From a virus: a stretch of 64,000 nucleotides of DNA. The stretch covers positions 1-64,000 of IMG/VR virus record IMGVR_UViG_3300044815_000115. One strand, given 5' to 3'. Below are positions 63,544 through 64,000 of this stretch, in pieces. The notes under the pieces are model-generated. The model did no database searches. It was not told the origin of the DNA and worked only from the letters and a program-made list of their open reading frames with translations. The position numbers and the translations under genes are program-made. Every line of letters begins with the position of its first letter. Position 1 is the first letter of the stretch.

Positions 63544-64000
63544 CCACGGAGCACACCTTCACGGCCCTGCGCGCCCACGAGCGCACCACCGCAGCCCTGA
63601 TGGCCGACCCGCAGATCGTCGGGGATCTTCTCCTCGTCGGGCTGTGGCTGTCCCGCGCCGTCCACCTGCAGGAGCCCGCGCCGGGTGAAGGCGGCTGGTC
63701 GATGCGGGACATGGCCGCCGACCTGTTCCCGCCGTGCACCCCGCTTCCGGTGGGGTCGTTCAACGGCGTCCCCGACCGACCCGACCCGGACCTGAACCTG
63801 CGGCGGATCCGAGAGGTCGTCAAGAACGACGTCCGCCGGTACGACCCGTGGGCCGACCTGCCCGCTGGTAGACCCAAGACCACCCCGTGCGCCGGCCCGG
63901 CCGCACGCAAGCCGGTGTGCGGGAAGCCCGCGTACACGTGGTCAATGGTCACCGACCCCGCCACGGGACGGCGGCGGATGCTCGGTGCGTGCCGTAGACA
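63540..64000 (+). CDS. hypothetical protein, partial (runs off the window)
   Basis: ATGA overlap; open frame to the window end. Confidence 0.6.
   Translation, partial: MTTEHTFTALRAHERTTAALMADPQIVGDLLLVGLWLSRAVHLQEPAPGEGGWSMRDMAADLFPPCTPLPVGSFNGVPDRPDPDLNLRRIREVVKNDVRRYDPWADLPAGRPKTTPCAGPAARKPVCGKPAYTWSMVTDPATGRRRMLGACRR

Larger units (their letters stand above)
1..64000. mobile_element. Temperate actinophage or phage-like integrative element, non-structural region, apparently in excised (attP) configuration
   Basis: Integrase, att core, repressor/Cro/Xis, phage replication and recombination genes, and dense 4-bp-overlapping small ORFs on both sides of att; no host housekeeping operons. Confidence 0.8.

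Overview
This is GC-rich (~70%) actinobacterial mobile DNA, probably from a Micromonosporaceae-type host judging by the host-like DnaB and several small-protein families. It reads as the non-structural part of a large temperate phage or phage-like integrative element; no capsid, tail, terminase or lysis genes are visible in this window. At 33981-34230 there is an apparently intact attP: the 3' half of a CAT-anticodon tRNA with arm-type repeats on both sides, next to a tyrosine integrase, repressor, Cro and Xis. The right arm is a typical early/replication region (C5 methylase, Sak4-like ATPase, HNH, beta-clamp-like protein, VRR-NUC, MazG, EndoVII, initiator, loader, DnaB). The left arm is atypical. 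It carries a plasmid/AICE-like module (SpdB-like membrane protein whose gene is densely covered in GGAGG repeats, XRE, DUF3987 helicase, candidate origin), a Panacea and a PIN toxin-antitoxin-like pair, an XRE-DUF5753/DUF6879 switch, about 80 microprotein genes, and a second initiator with its own iterons. At least six small HTH/RHH genes with divergent promoters subdivide the genome. All family assignments come from motif recognition by eye, not database searches.
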